Shown in pieces: positions 42,061 through 56,604 of a DNA stretch of 64,000 nucleotides. The DNA lies in contig OX597826.1 in the NCBI GenBank assembly GCA_951406725.2, forward strand, positions 30,132,001 through 30,196,000, read 5' to 3'. The position numbers and the translations under genes are program-made. The notes under the pieces were generated by a model, which saw only the letters and a program-made list of their open reading frames with translations, was not told the DNA's origin and did not search any database. The stretch is from Octopus vulgaris. Taxonomy: Eukaryota. Position 1 is the stretch's first letter; the number at the start of each line of letters is the position of its first letter.

Positions 42061-43935
42061 GGAAAGAGAAGGTCTTGAACCCTTCTGTTTGTATGAGAGT
42101 GCAAAAGATTGTTAATGTTGTTAAGATCCCTCCGGAACGCAAAGTACCTTGTAACTGGTTGCGTGTACATGTTTGTCATGCATCATATCTTGTAACCCAA
42201 ATGGAAGGTATGTTTTATTTTTTACTTTCTATACGCAATACGTGGTGTTCCGTGATTGGTGGCTGTAGAGAAGAAGGTTACTTGATTCTTCGGTGTTTCA
42301 CATGAAGGTGTAGCGAATGCTATATTTATTGTTTGGCTGTCTAGTCTTAGCTGCCAATTGGCATATTTTACCTGGTTTCTACATGTAGTCACATGACCAT
42401 TGCCAGACCAGCAAATGTGTCGTCTGTTTTTGAGCTACATATGGTTATAAGTAATTTCTATGCTATAACCAGAAAATTATCATATTACCAGGGCTGTAGC
42501 CACATTTCCCTTTTCAACAACTAAAAAGTAAGAATGAACAATCATCTAAACATACACACACATATTTAATGCCTATATGTATATTGTGAATCCTTTGATT
42601 TTGCTAGTTTTCGACAACCATTGTTGCTCATGCTGCAATCTGTCTTAAATGACTCTCCGTACCAAACCAACTTGGTACATTTATAACACATTGTACACTT
42701 CTAATCAAAGAATTATTATCAAATTGCCTTTGAAGCTGTAGTGATGATGTGAAAACTACCGAAGAATTAATGAAGCAACTACTCTACTTTATTAGAGACT
42801 AGATGAAAAGCTGCACTCTGTACGGACTTTTGAAATAGCTCCTGCGGAGGACAAGTTGGGCCTGCGGCACTAAACTAAGTAGATCTACATAGCATCACAA
42901 TAATATGTCTATAATAATTGTATGTTTCGCTTGTGTTTGATAATACGTTAATGATGGATGCGTATTAATTCTCTAATACAATCATTCTATTGTTCCCGTC
43001 CTAATTTGATTTCCAATTGTTGGCCAGTCTTGTCGGGACGTAAAATTAACGAAGCGAATGTCATTTATTTCTCCCTTCATCCCTAACGACATCTGACAAA
43101 TGCCAAACAAAATGGCGTCAATCAGCCAAGCTTTACATTAGAAATAGCAACAGAAATACTTATGAATAAAACTCCAATACTCAATGTTCAAGAATAAAAT
43201 GAAGCGCAGATTTTTATTCCTGAGATTATTCTCATTCCATAAAGGCATAATATGTCTACGTAGAACAAATGTACTCTGACGTACAGCGGTCGCAGATAGA
43301 CAGAATTTAGCTTTTATTATAACATCAAAGTAATATGGTCAAACATTTTAATGGCAGCAGATTTGTGTTTTATTTAAATACTTAACGAGTTTATAACCTT
43401 AATCTCTGCATTTAACCGTGATCTATATGGTGAGAAAACATTATCTGTGTTCATATAGTGGTGAGTGGCAGATTGGTTAGCACAAAGGCGGCATTTTGTT
43501 CACGTTTGCAATATAAGTTCAAATTCTACCGAGGTCGATGGTTCACGTGATCCTTTTTCTTGTTGATAATATAACTGTCAGTCAAGATATGGGGGTCAGC
43601 ATATCCCACAACTCACTCCACCAAATTTCGAGCCTTGTTCCTATCATAGAAAGAACTATTTCAAGTACGATTTTTATTTACCCATTCTTACTATTATATC
43701 TCCTTACAGTTAGACAATTGTTTACAATGAAATATTCTGTGTAAATATATCGACAGTGAAGTATAGTTTCTGGTTGGGACCTCCAGGTTTCCTGTCCTGA
43801 AATTGCCTGGCTAAGAGTTCATATGATTGCAGGAACAATACCGGACACCTTGTAACTATGTTATGGTACCAACCAGCATGTTACAGAGGGTGTTTAAGAA
43901 CTCAAAGGTACATAAAATGGCAGACCCACACAATT

Positions 43936-44270
43936 GTGTCCCCGACTTTTTTTCCTGATAACTTCCAGAAAAATGGGTCTATTTAAAAAAAATTTCTACA
44001 AATACATCTCAGATGGTGTACATTATGATTATATTGGAATTTAATTTGAAAAAAGAGAAAAGTTTCGTGCAGTTACACATGTATACTGACGTATATAACA
44101 TATATGTGTGCCAGTATATATGTGTGCGCGACCTCTATTTCTTTTCACATTAAATTCCGATATAATCGTAATGTACATCATTTGAGAGGTATTTGTGGAA
44201 TATTTCCTTAAAAGGAAATATTTTCCTTTTTTCCGAAAGTTATGAGAAAACAGTTTTGTGGAGGGCACAC
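43936..44270. mobile_element. Diverged palindromic MITE-like element
   Basis: acaaatacatctcagatggtgtacattatgattatattggaatttaat versus attaaattccgatataatcgtaatgtacatcatttgagaggtatttgt. Confidence 0.7.
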
Positions 44271-44674
44271 CTATGAGGGTCTGTTCAAAATATCCCCACA
44301 AACACCAAAAAACAATGTGTCTGGGTGCGTCCTCCGGCGAACACATTCCCTAGCCTCTAATCACCGCGAAAGGCTGAAAGAGACTGAACGAACGTTTCGG
44401 AGAAAACTTTCCGTTATTGTGACGTCATAACAATACGAAGAAATACGGAAATCTCTGGACTCGACGAAAAAATCTTGAAAGAATTTCACACATTCACGCT
44501 ACATGCGCGCACACACAATAGCACACATACACATATACACAACCAAATATATACATATATTACGTATGCATTTAATGAACGTGTGTGTGATTGTGTTTGT
44601 GTGTGTGTGTGTGTAAATGTGTTTGTGTGTGTGCGCACCTACTTATATTTCTATCAATATATTACATATATAAA

Positions 44675-45035
44675 GGTGAGTTCAAATTCCAATGTAGTCG
44701 CCTTGGGCTTTCTTCTTTTCTGGGTCGATAAAATAAGTACCAGTTGAGCCCTGGGATCTATGTAACGAACTGACCCCTTCCTTCGACATTACTGACCTCC
44801 TGTCGAAACTGGAAATCAATATAAACGGATGTAGAGGCAGCAAGTTGGCAAGGTGTTTAGCGCGATGGACAAAATACCAACGGCATTCCTCTCCCCTTTA
44901 CCTTCTAAGTTCAAACGCCGCCGGGGTCTCACTTCCATGGTCAATAAAATAAGTACCAGTTGAACACTGGGGTCGATATCATCGAGTTTCTTCCTCCAAC
45001 GAAATTGCTGGCCTTGTGCTAAAATTTGAAACCAA
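44675..45035 (+). mobile_element. Two diverged family B SINE units
   Basis: gagttcaaattcc...aaaataagtaccagttga...gctggccttgtgctaaaatttgaaacc. Confidence 0.7.
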
Positions 45036-45959
45036 TATACACAGGTATATGTGTTTATTTGTTTGGATTATTTGTGCATGTAAATTTCGACTCATCTTTT
45101 TCACCGGCGTAATTCCTAGAAGAGCTACGAGGGCCCACCCCCGAGCCCGTCTTCCATCGGGTCCCGTCAGAAGCAACCGTCTCCAATTGAACCTATTGGA
45201 ATCCCAAACGTGACCAACCAAGCGCATGGGTGTTTTGAGCCAACATATGGTTATAAATAAGGAATTTCTTTCGAGATAGCCAGAGAGGAGAAAATTGTCT
45301 CCAGAGATCTTTGACGCCATACTTTGTGTTTACCCTGCACACATCACACATCACCATGTACATGCTATATTATTAGCATTATCCTGCGTTTGAGAATAAA
45401 ATTATTTCCTTAACTGTATCTTTTCAATACATCTCAACGCTTCTAAAACAGACTTTGTTGACTTTCAACGTAAGTTAAATTTCTTCTTCTTCGTCTCCTT
45501 CCTAACTTTATCACTAATGCTGTTTAGAATAACACCTACGAAAATTTTACAAATAAAATATTCAAAGGAAATATTTTCATGAATTGAACAGCGACTGCTA
45601 TCATCCACTGTGGGTCATTTTCGGGACAACGCAGCTGACCATTCATAGCACTCCCACATTCTTCTTCTTCTTCTTCTTCTTCTTCTTCTTCTTCTTCTTC
45701 TCTACCAAGAATTCACAACGACCTCGAACCCACAAGGGTAAACAAGAGAGACAGAGAAAGGCAGAAACAAGGAAAATGCCACTTGTATTTGAACACTATA
45801 CAAATATTCTTCTAAAAAAACTTTCCTTTTAATTTTTCTAAATTTAATTGTTTAATTGTTACAGTTGAAAAAGTCTCAATGACTGAAATCGGTACTGAAA
45901 TGTTTTTTATAAAATTATTTTAGCATTTTCTATCTTGACTTTTTTCCACATATATATAT

Positions 45960-46387
<428 letters not shown>

Positions 46388-46725
46388 ATGTAAAGCTGGA
46401 CTCAAGAGTCATCTTCGTAGTCATAAAATGAGACAGATGAGTGACAACCTGGCCACTGGTGGTGGTGTAACACACCATACTAATCATATCTGTCGGGCAT
46501 GTGGAAGAGAGTGTAATTCGGCAGGAGGACTTAAACGACATGCAAAGGTACATGAAGCCCAGTTACAACTACAGCCGGCTATTACCAGTAAAGGTTTTAG
46601 TTGCCAATTTTGTACAAGCCACTGTAGATCTTTAGCTGGGCTACAAATTCACATTCGATCACAGCACCAGTAACAGTTAAGCTTCGTGCAATGGCCATAC
46701 TCGATAACAAGGGGTCAGCCATGTG
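46388..46725 (+). mobile_element. 3' end of an RTE-like LINE ORF with tandem C2H2 zinc fingers
   Basis: [11 protein letters not shown] / CRACGRECNSAGGLKRHAKVH / CQFCTSHCRSLAGLQIHIRSQH*, no TGEKP linkers; short 3' UTR ending in a (TGTA/TG) tail. Confidence 0.65.
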
Positions 46726-46799
46726 TGTATGTATGTGTGTACGTAAATATCAGGGCAACCTTTCACGTATAGATACAACTATGCAGCGATTACTATATG

Positions 46800-48155
46800 A
46801 AAGTTGCGATTTCGCAAAATCGTTAGCACGCCGGGCAAAAATGCTTAGCACCATTTCGTCCATCTTAACTGTTCGGAGTTCAAATTCCACCGAGGTCGCC
46901 TTTGCCTCTCCTCCCTTTTGGTGTCGTTAAAATAAGTACCAGCTGTGTACTGAGGTCAATGTAATTGACTTAACCCCTCCCTCGTAATTTCTGGCCTTGT
47001 GCCAAAATTTGAAACCGACATTCAGATGGCTTCCAGTCCGTCATGTCAACTAACGTTTTCTCACGAACAACTTTGATCTTTATGCTCTTGAACGCTGTCG
47101 ACTGTTCACCAATGCATCAAGTAATTCTTGAAAAGAAAAGAAAGACATAAAACTCATCAAATTTCGCCCAGACACACTGTATATTAGAGAATAACTTAAG
47201 GAAAATGATTATGTAAACATTAACACAGTGAAAACTCTAAGCAGATGAATATTTTAAAGTATATTTTAAAGAACATATTTATTTACATAAACATTGATTC
47301 TTTGAAGTAACCTCTCCAGGCCAATAATTACCATATAAGGTCATTACTGCATTACCATTTTATTCTGCCAACTAGATATCCTATATTATTTTTTTAAAAT
47401 ATTTTGCTTGCTTTCCCCGATTTGCTTATTTCATTATTTTGAATAAATTTAAACCGATCTTTTCCATCTTTAACATATATAAATATTCCAAACTTTTCCT
47501 CTAATGTTTTGATTCTGTCGACAAGCTGATACCTATCGCTTTAATTTCTTACTCTTCTCTATTGCCTATCGTAGATTTACAACCCACCTCACTTCAATCA
47601 ATTGCATAAACTCTCAATAAATATACAAGCATTAAAGATAGCGAACTGACAGAATCGTTTGCACGCCGAACAAAATGCTTAGCGTCACCACGTCCGTCTT
47701 TACATTCTGAATTTAAAATTCGCCGAGGTCAACATTGCTTTTCATTCTTACGGGGCGATAAAATAAGTACCAGTTGAGCACTGGAGTAGACGTAATGGAT
47801 TTACCCCCTCCACCGAACTTGCTGGCCTTGTGCTAAAATTTTGAAGCCAATAATTATATAAACAGTAGCTTTTGAATCAATCCAATATTGTCTCTGACGA
47901 TTCGGAAGATGCTTCTATAGGTAAATAGCATCCTTGAATATATTCAGGGTAGAAGGTGGCGAGCTGGCAGAAACGTTAGCATGCTTAGCGGTTTTCGTCG
48001 GTCTTTACGTTCTGAGTTCAAATTCAACTGAGGTCGACTTCGCATTTCATCCTTTCGGCATCGATAAATTAATAAAACAGCTGCGTACTGGAGTAGATCT
48101 TATTGACTGGCCTCCTCCTCCAAAATTTCAGGCCTTGTCCCCAGAGTAGAAAAGA
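46800..48155 (+). mobile_element. Three dispersed family B SINEs (~46800-47018, 47635-47850, 47953-48155)
   Basis: Each has a gttagcacgccgg...gagttcaaatt...gaggtc...taagtaccag-type core. Confidence 0.75.
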
Positions 48156-48199
48156 TCCTATAATTTTTAAGGCGGCCTCTTATTTCTCTTATCTTTACA

Positions 48200-48371
48200 T
48201 GTGTATAGGGCTTTAGTCGAACGAATCGATTGCAGTCCTTATAATGTTTCTTTTTTTTTAAAGTATGGTTCTTATTCTGTCGAACTGTTGTGCCGAACCG
48301 CTAAGTTACGGAGATCGTAACATACCAAAAGCGGTTGTTAGGCTGTTGTGTTTGACAAACACACACACGCA

Positions 48372-48461
<90 letters not shown>

Positions 48462-48642
48462 CACACATATGTATACATACGTCGTGCTTCTACACAGTTT
48501 CAATCTGCCAAATTCACTCACAAGGTATTTGCCGTCCTGGGGTTATGGTAGTCGACACTTGGCCAAGGTATTGTGCAATGGTACTGAACATGAAACCAGG
48601 TGGTTGCAATGCGAACTTCTTAGCCGCACAGCCATGCCTGCA
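48200..48642 (-). mobile_element. SINE family A, diverged, with internal (CA)n
   Basis: gccgaaccgctaagttacgg...cactcacaagg...gacacttggccaagg...cacagccatgcctgc. Confidence 0.75.
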
Positions 48643-49088
48643 CCATTTAATAATATAATTTTGAAATCTTTTCAGGAAGATGTGAGACAACTTCTCACAC
48701 GTTCCGTTCTTGCTAAGTTTTCTCAGCGTAACAGACTTTACCATATTTGCTGTAATAGTGTTTACTCAATCAATAATTAAATGTATAATAATGTAAAGGA
48801 GTAGGCACTAAGAATTATTTTAGTCTGTAAATTTCACAGGGACGCCTACCACATGAAAAGAAATACTCAAGTTAGTATACAAATTGACGACCAAATCACT
48901 ATATACACCTACACTACTGTAAAGGTGTGGACAAGAAGAATTCATTGATTAGAATCATTAGGTGTCATTCGATAATAATTCTATTTCCCAGGATATCATT
49001 TCATGGGTTGTGATTATATCATTCTATCTGTTATTATTCCATAAATTTCATTAGTTAACATTACGCACACACACACACACATGTATAT

Positions 49089-49152
<64 letters not shown>

Positions 49153-49221
49153 ATATATATATATATGTATGTATGTATGTATGTATATATATATATGTAT
49201 ATATATATATGTATGTATGTA

Positions 49222-49257
<36 letters not shown>

Positions 49258-49264
<7 letters not shown>

Positions 49265-50731
49265 CAACAATTGAGGGGTAAAATTAATTAGTTATTAATC
49301 AATTTCACCAAGTATTCAGTATGTAAAAGGACCATTTAAGGCGAATTCAAAATATTACATTAGTATAAAAGGGCTTAGTAAAATAAATTACTTTGCCACA
49401 TACTGAACTCATTAGAAATAGCAGCCAAAAAAGTTTTTTAGCTATTTCTAATACTTAAAGAAAATTTCTCTCAGATAGTGTTTACTCAGAATAACCCACG
49501 AAGGTATGAGGGTAAAAAACATTAAAAATCACAAGTGCAAAGATTATTTGAGAACGTTACGTTTCTAGATCAGCCAAATAAAATTCGACATTTCTTTCGT
49601 CAGCCCAAAATTTCTTAATTTGGATTTGGAAACACTGAAAGTAGGAACATACCCTTTTGGCGACTTAACACCTCAGACGACCCGCTCAAACTGACAGTGC
49701 CAACAAATTCAAAATATGCAAGCGAAGAATTCCTGTTCTCCCTTTCCACCCACGTGGGCTAAACTAGCAAACACCATATTTTAGCGGTGAAAACCGAGGC
49801 AATAAACAGAGAGAAATGAATTATAATTTCAACAATTGAGGGTAAAATTAATTAGTTATTAATCAATTTCACCAAGTATTCAGTATGTAAAAGGACCATT
49901 TAAGGCGAATTCAAAATATTACATTAGTATAAAAGGGCTTAGTAAAGTAAATTACTTTGCCACATACTGAACTCATTAGAAATAGCAGCCAAAAAAGTTT
50001 TTTAGCTATTTCTAATACTTAAAGAAAATTTCTCTCAGATAGTGTTTACTCAGAATAACCCACGAAGGTATGGGGGTAAAAAACATTAAAAAATCACAAG
50101 TGCAAAGATTATTTGAGAACGTTGCGTTTCTAGATCAGCCAAATAAAATTCGACATTTCTTTCGTCAGCCCAAAATTTCTTAATTTGGATTTGGAAACAC
50201 TGAAAGTAGGAACATACCCTTTTGGCGACTTAACACCTCAGACGACCCGTGAAATTGTTGAAATTATAATTCATTTCTCTCTGTTTATTGCCTCGGTTTT
50301 CACCGCTAAAATATGGTGTTTGCTAGTTTAGCCCACGTGGGTGGAAAGGGAGAACAGGAATTCTTCGCTTGCATATCTTGAATTTGTTGGCACTGTCAGT
50401 TTGAGCGGGTTGTCTGAGGTGTTAAGTCGCCAAAAGGGTATGTTCCTACTTTCAGTGTTTCCAAATCCAAATTAAGAAATTTTGGGCTGACGAAAGAAAT
50501 GTCGAATTTTATTTGGCTGATCTAGAAACGTAACGTTCTCAAATAATCTTTGCACTTGTGATTTTTTAATGTTTTTTACCCCCATACCTTCGTGGGTTAT
50601 TTTGAGTAAACACTATCTGAGAGAAATTTTCTTTAAGTATTAGAAATAGCTAAAAAACTTTTTGGGCTGCTATTTCTAATGAGTTCAGTATGTGGCAAAG
50701 TAATTTATTTTACTAAGCCCTTTTATACTAA
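49258..50731. mobile_element. Tandem-plus-inverted triplicated ~565-bp element inside (TA)n (Penelope-like architecture)
   Basis: Unit 49258-49822; direct partial copy 49823-50249; inverted copy 50250-50731 of ~49359-49837; copies differ at only a few sites. Confidence 0.85.
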
Positions 50732-50767
50732 TATATATATATATATATATATAATATATGTATACAT

Positions 50768-51165
50768 AGGCGCAGGAGTGGCTGTGTGGTAAGTAGCTTG
50801 TTTACCAGCCACATGGTTCCGGGTTCAGTCCCACTGCGTGGCACCTTGGGCAAGTGTGTTCTACTATAGCCTCGGGCTAACCAAAGCCTTGTGAGTGGAT
50901 TTGGTAGACGGAAACTGAAAAAGAAACCCGTCGTATATATGTGTATATATATATATGCGTGTCTGTGTTTGTCCCCCTAGCATTGCTTGACAACCGATGC
51001 TGGTGCGTTTGTGTCCCCGTTACTTAGCGGTTCGGCAAAAGAAACCGATAGAATAAGTACTGGGCTTACAAAAAGAATAAGTCCCGGTGTCGAGTTGCTC
51101 GATTAAAGGCGGTGCTCCAGCATGGCCGCAGTCAAATGACTGAAACAAGTAAAAGAGTAAAAGAG
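50768..51165 (+). mobile_element. SINE family A, full-length young copy
   Basis: Very similar to 25871-26284. Confidence 0.92.
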
Positions 51166-51204
51166 AAAAAGAATAGTATTATTATTATCATTATTATTAT
51201 TATA

Positions 51205-51239
<35 letters not shown>

Positions 51240-51339
51240 CATTATTGTCGTTGTTGTTGTTGTTGTTGTTGCTGTTATTGTTGTTGCTATTATTATTATT
51301 ATTGTTATTATTATTAATCACTGTTATTATTATTATTAA

Positions 51340-51525
51340 AGTGGTGAACTGGCAGAATCATTAGCACGCCGGGCAAAATAAATGCTCAGCGGCATCTCGT
51401 CCGGCCTTATATTCTGAGTTCAAATTCCGCTGAGGTCGACTTTGTCTTTCATCGTTTCGGGGTCGATAAAATGAGTACCGCTAAGCATTTTTCCCGGCGT
51501 GTTAACGATTTTTACCAGTTCGTAG
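51340..51525 (+). mobile_element. SINE family B
   Basis: gtggtgaactggcagaatc...gagttcaaattccgctgaggtcgactttgtctttcatcgtttcggggtcgataaaatgagtacc. Confidence 0.8.
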
Positions 51526-52014
51526 CCTTCATTACCAGAAATATCACCATGTTGCACTAAATACTTCGTGGCGCTCTTCCCTACGTTCCTAAATTTTTCG
51601 AGTTCAGATTCGACCGATCTTGACTTCGTCTTTCATTTCTCCAGCATCGTTAAAGAATGATCGCTAGTCAAGTATCGATTGACACCGTTTCAATCATCTG
51701 CGAGTCTCCATTAGGATTTGTGGGTGTGCACTCACCTGACTAATATCTCATTACCACAGTGCAGAATTTTTTTTCTTTACTACTTATTGACATCACATCA
51801 ATCTCGTATATACGTACATTTTTCTTTTTTTATGGTTTTAGATGATAAATTGATAACGTTAAATTTATATATTACCATTGCATATGTTCTTTTTAATCGT
51901 AAAACATCTCGAATTATCATTATTTTTATATATTTTCCATTTTTGTTTTTGCAACGTATCTGGCAAGCCAAGAACGTTTCACATCTAATCATATCATCTT
52001 CAAAATATCGTATC

Positions 52015-52068
<54 letters not shown>

Positions 52069-52333
52069 AAATTGACAACGATTTAGAGTATATATCGTCT
52101 TTCATTTCGTTTGTAATAATTCTAAAAATAATATGTTTGCATTTATTTTATATCTATAAGTGCAAGCATGCCTGTGTGGCTAAAAAGCTCTCTTTGAACA
52201 ACGTGGTTTTGGTTTCAGACCCACTGCTCGACACCTTAGCAAGTGCTTTCTACTATAGCTCCGACTCGACTAATTCTTTGTGAGTAAATATGATAGGCGG
52301 AAACTGCATAGAAATGCATCATATATGTGTATG

Positions 52334-52402
<69 letters not shown>

Positions 52403-52471
52403 ATGTGTGCGTGTGTATGTATATATTTATATATATATATGTACATATATATGTATATATATATATATATA

Positions 52472-52880
52472 TATATAGAAAATAGTAAAAAGTGAAAAAA
52501 CTACAGAAGGCTTGTTTTAAAAGGTTAAAAAATATATATTTGAGTCAATATGTCTGAATAATGTTATAAATTTTTTTCATACAATGACATAGTTTTTGAA
52601 GAAATGACCGGTTTCGCGTTCAGCTTTTCAAATTTCTTATATCGTTATGTTTACGTTGAGAAGAGTTCCAGATAAGTGGAGGTAATAAGTGATTTCTTCT
52701 GGTGTAAGGGAGATAATCGCTTAACATTTTTTGCCTTTCTTTTGGAGTGAGTTTCTCTGTATAAGTATTGACTCAAATATATATTTTTTAACCTTTTAAA
52801 ACAAGCCTTCTGTAGTTTTTTCACTTTTTACTATTTTCTATATATTCAACCACGTGCTTTCACACCCAAACTTTCTCACC
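52472..52880. mobile_element. (TA)n-embedded element with ~80-bp inverted repeats and an internal hammerhead variant (52599-52638, minus strand)
   Basis: Arms ~52472-52551 and ~52766-52845; minus strand aagaaat-TTGAAAA-gc(tgaac)gc-GAAACCGGTC-atttctt. Confidence 0.75.
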
Positions 52881-52965
52881 TATATATATATGGCGGTGCC
52901 CCAGCATGGCCACAACTCGTGAGCTGAAACTAGATAAAATATAAAATATAAATATATAAATATAT

Positions 52966-53027
<62 letters not shown>

Positions 53028-53599
53028 ACACACACACACATATATATATATATATATCTTGTTTCAATCATTAGACTGTGGCCATGCTGCTGCAGTGCCT
53101 TGAAGAATTTTTAGTCGAATGAATTGTTCCCAGTACATTTTAGCCTGATACTTATTCTATTGGTTTCTTTTACTAAACTGCTAAATTACGGGTACATAAC
53201 CAAACTAACACCGGTTGTTTAAAGGTGGCAAGGACAAATAAACACCCCACACACACACACATATATGACGGTCTCCTTTCAGTTTCCGTCTACCAACCCA
53301 AGGTTTAACAGAAACAGAAGACATCACGGAAAGATTACATTGTGGCCTCCGTAGGGCCATGTTGGAGTAACCATGATGATCGTTACAAGTTAGCTTCAGA
53401 AGAAACATCAGAGTTTCTTCATTGTTTGCGGTTTTGTGAAATACTTCTACTCCTGTAAAGAATGATCTCCTGCTCTGTGGATGTCTTCTCAGCGAGTAAA
53501 CCTCTTGCTCAAGTCCAAAATATGAAAGCTAGTCTATGATTTTCGCTGACAGAAACATGCGCCGTCCAGAGTTTCCTGTTGGCTCTTATGTTATTTAGT

Positions 53600-53800
53600 A
53601 TCTTCTTCATCGATATTGGATGACAGAAATCTAAGTCTTTCAGAGTAAGAACGAAGTTTAGACAAGCTTTCCTGTGAGCCCCTGCATATCGTCTGTATTT
53701 TATCACTGAAACCTCAGCCTTCCAGAATGAGAATGGGAGTCAGACAAGGATTCGAGCTTCTGTACTATTTGATATGTTCTTTATCTACGTGAACTGGTTA
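53600..53800 (+). mobile_element. Possible highly decayed LINE RT remnant
   Basis: SAFQNENG/GVRQG across a frameshift resembles RT motif B (GVxQG); little else conserved. Confidence 0.3.
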
Positions 53801-54039
53801 TCACGCAAAAAGACGGTAATTGCTATAAACTTCAACACCAGAAATCTGAGAGCTCACGACTGTTCTCAAGCGGTAGTGGACATTTCGGAAGCCATGTGGG
53901 TTCAAGTCTTAATTTTAGTAATTTCAATTAAACAATCTTTATTGCTGTTTTCAGATTTTTCGTAGACATTGCATTGACAATCTCAGTCAATCAATGTTTT
54001 TCTTGTTTTTCTTTTTATTACTAAGTGTATTATATGATA

Positions 54040-54298
54040 CTAGCTGACACCGTGCCGTCAAAAACGACGGCTAATTGTAGTAGTTTATATATAAATAAGG
54101 TACAAAATAAGGTACATAATAATTACACATACATACATTCACATACTTCCCTTGTACACGCACACACATACACACATATAATAACACAGAGTTCAAACGC
54201 TGTTTGATTTTTCTTTTCAGCGTTGAACGTTCACCATCACATTTCCATTGCACACATACACATACACACGCACTCACACAACACACACACACACACAC

Positions 54299-54356
<58 letters not shown>

Positions 54357-54599
54357 TTCACATATACACACATAGAGTTGAAACGCTGATTTTTTCCAAC
54401 CCTCTCTTCGTTATTCAGCTATCACCCCTTCCTTTCTCATTCATATTTTGTGATGGAGAAAAACAGAAGATACACGACACGCTCTTTGCCACTTCCTTTC
54501 TCTCATTGCAATTACTTTCTCTCACTCTTTCTGAGTCGGGGCTATTACTCTCACTATTTCTCCTTCACTGAATACTACGCTCATTATTATATTAGGAGA
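54040..54599 (-). mobile_element. Non-autonomous Helitron carrying (CA)n
   Basis: Minus strand A|TCTCCTAATATAATAATG ... GCCGTC-gttttt-GACGGC hairpin ... CTAG|T. Confidence 0.75.
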
Positions 54600-54827
54600 T
54601 TGTATGCAGAACGCTTCCATCAGCCATAGTGTTGCTATTGTAATTTGGAGGATGCTGTTTTGATTATAGCTGAGCTAATAATTTCAGTTTTCTTTCGGTT
54701 GGTTGTATTTCTTTACTGCTATATTCATTTGGGCCTGTTTGTTTATTACTGTGTCTGTGTGTGCATGTGCGTATGTGTGTACATGCATATATCTATATGG
54801 ATATACTTACATGTACATATGCATGCA

Positions 54828-54890
<63 letters not shown>

Positions 54891-55042
54891 GTATATATAT
54901 ATATGTATATTTATATATGTGTGTGTTTGTGTGTATGTATATATCAATATGTTTGTAGATGTACACACAAACACACACACATATATATGTATATAATATA
55001 CATACATGTACGTAAATATACATATATACATTATATATATGC

Positions 55043-55105
<63 letters not shown>

Positions 55106-55148
55106 TATGTATATATACATATATATATATATACATCTATATATATAT

Positions 55149-55207
<59 letters not shown>

Positions 55208-55694
55208 ATACGCACACACATGCACACACATTGATGTATATATTTAGAGATGTATATCTACGAATATGTGTGCTTTTGTATATTTATCCATATATATATA
55301 TATATACAAGTGTACATAGTTTTGTCTGTGTATATTCCTGCACGTATACATGTGTATGCTTGTATATTCATACTCATATATATAATCATGTGTATTTAAT
55401 GTTGTGAAGAATTTTACTAAACTACCTGACAAAACGACTGAAATGTTCTATTTTGAACCAAAAATCTTCACAAAGGAATGACATATGGGCTGAATGTCAT
55501 GGAACTTTTAAACCGTATATTTTATTCTTGAATTCAATTATGGAAATGAAGTTGGCATTTCAAATTGGAGATTATGAAAGACCGAAATTCAAATAAAGGC
55601 GTTAAAAGAAACTTAGCTTTTGTGAGAACATCGGAAACGGATGTAGAGATGAAAAAAAACCCCCAGAAACAAAAGGACTTCGAAGAAGCTGAAG

Positions 55695-55754
55695 TCAGCA
55701 ACAACAACATCAACAACAATAACAGCAGTAGTAACAATGATAATGATGATGATG

Positions 55755-55786
<32 letters not shown>

Positions 55787-55799
55787 GACGATGAGGATG

Positions 55800-55853
<54 letters not shown>

Positions 55854-55970
55854 GCAATGGTAGCAATAACAACAACGATAAAAATAATATCATCATCAAC
55901 AACGATAATATTGTTATCGTTATCGTGTTGTTGATGTTCATTATTATTATCATCATCATCATCATCATCA

Positions 55971-56014
<44 letters not shown>

Positions 56015-56054
56015 GTCATCATTGTTATTATAATTATTATTATCATCATCATCA

Positions 56055-56115
<61 letters not shown>

Positions 56116-56125
56116 CATTATTATT
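55695..56125. repeat. Compound trinucleotide microsatellite (AAC/GAT/AAT then ATT/CAT)
   Basis: Direct reading. Confidence 0.95.
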
Positions 56126-56383
56126 TAGGCAGTGTGCTGGTAGAATCGTTAGCAGGCCTAGTTAAGTGCTTAGAGGCATTTCGTCCGTCTTTACGTTCTG
56201 AATTCAAATTCCGTCGGGGTCAACTTTGCCTCTCATCTTTTTGAGATCGTTTAAATAAGTACCAGTGAGAGATTGGGGGGTCATGACCAACTAGCTCCTT
56301 GCATAATTAGCATTCTGAAGGAAAAAAAAAAGAAAAAAGAAAGAAAGAAAAAGATACAGTAGAGCAACAGTCTGGTCGATATT

Positions 56384-56522
56384 CTTTTATTCAGGTATTT
56401 GACTGCGGCCGCACTGGAGCACCGCCTTTAGTCGAACAAATCGACCACAGGACCTTTTTTCCGAACCGCTAGGCTACAGTGACGTAAACACACCAGCATC
56501 GATTGTCAAGCGATGGTGGGGG

Positions 56523-56604
<82 letters not shown>

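Noticed and set aside
45070-45540. Possible LINE remnant on the minus strand
   Set aside because: Only vague similarity, with no diagnostic motif I can support
55565-56128. 187-aa ORF with a plausible N-terminus
   Set aside because: TTG start, no recognisable domain, and it runs into poly-N/D/I microsatellite
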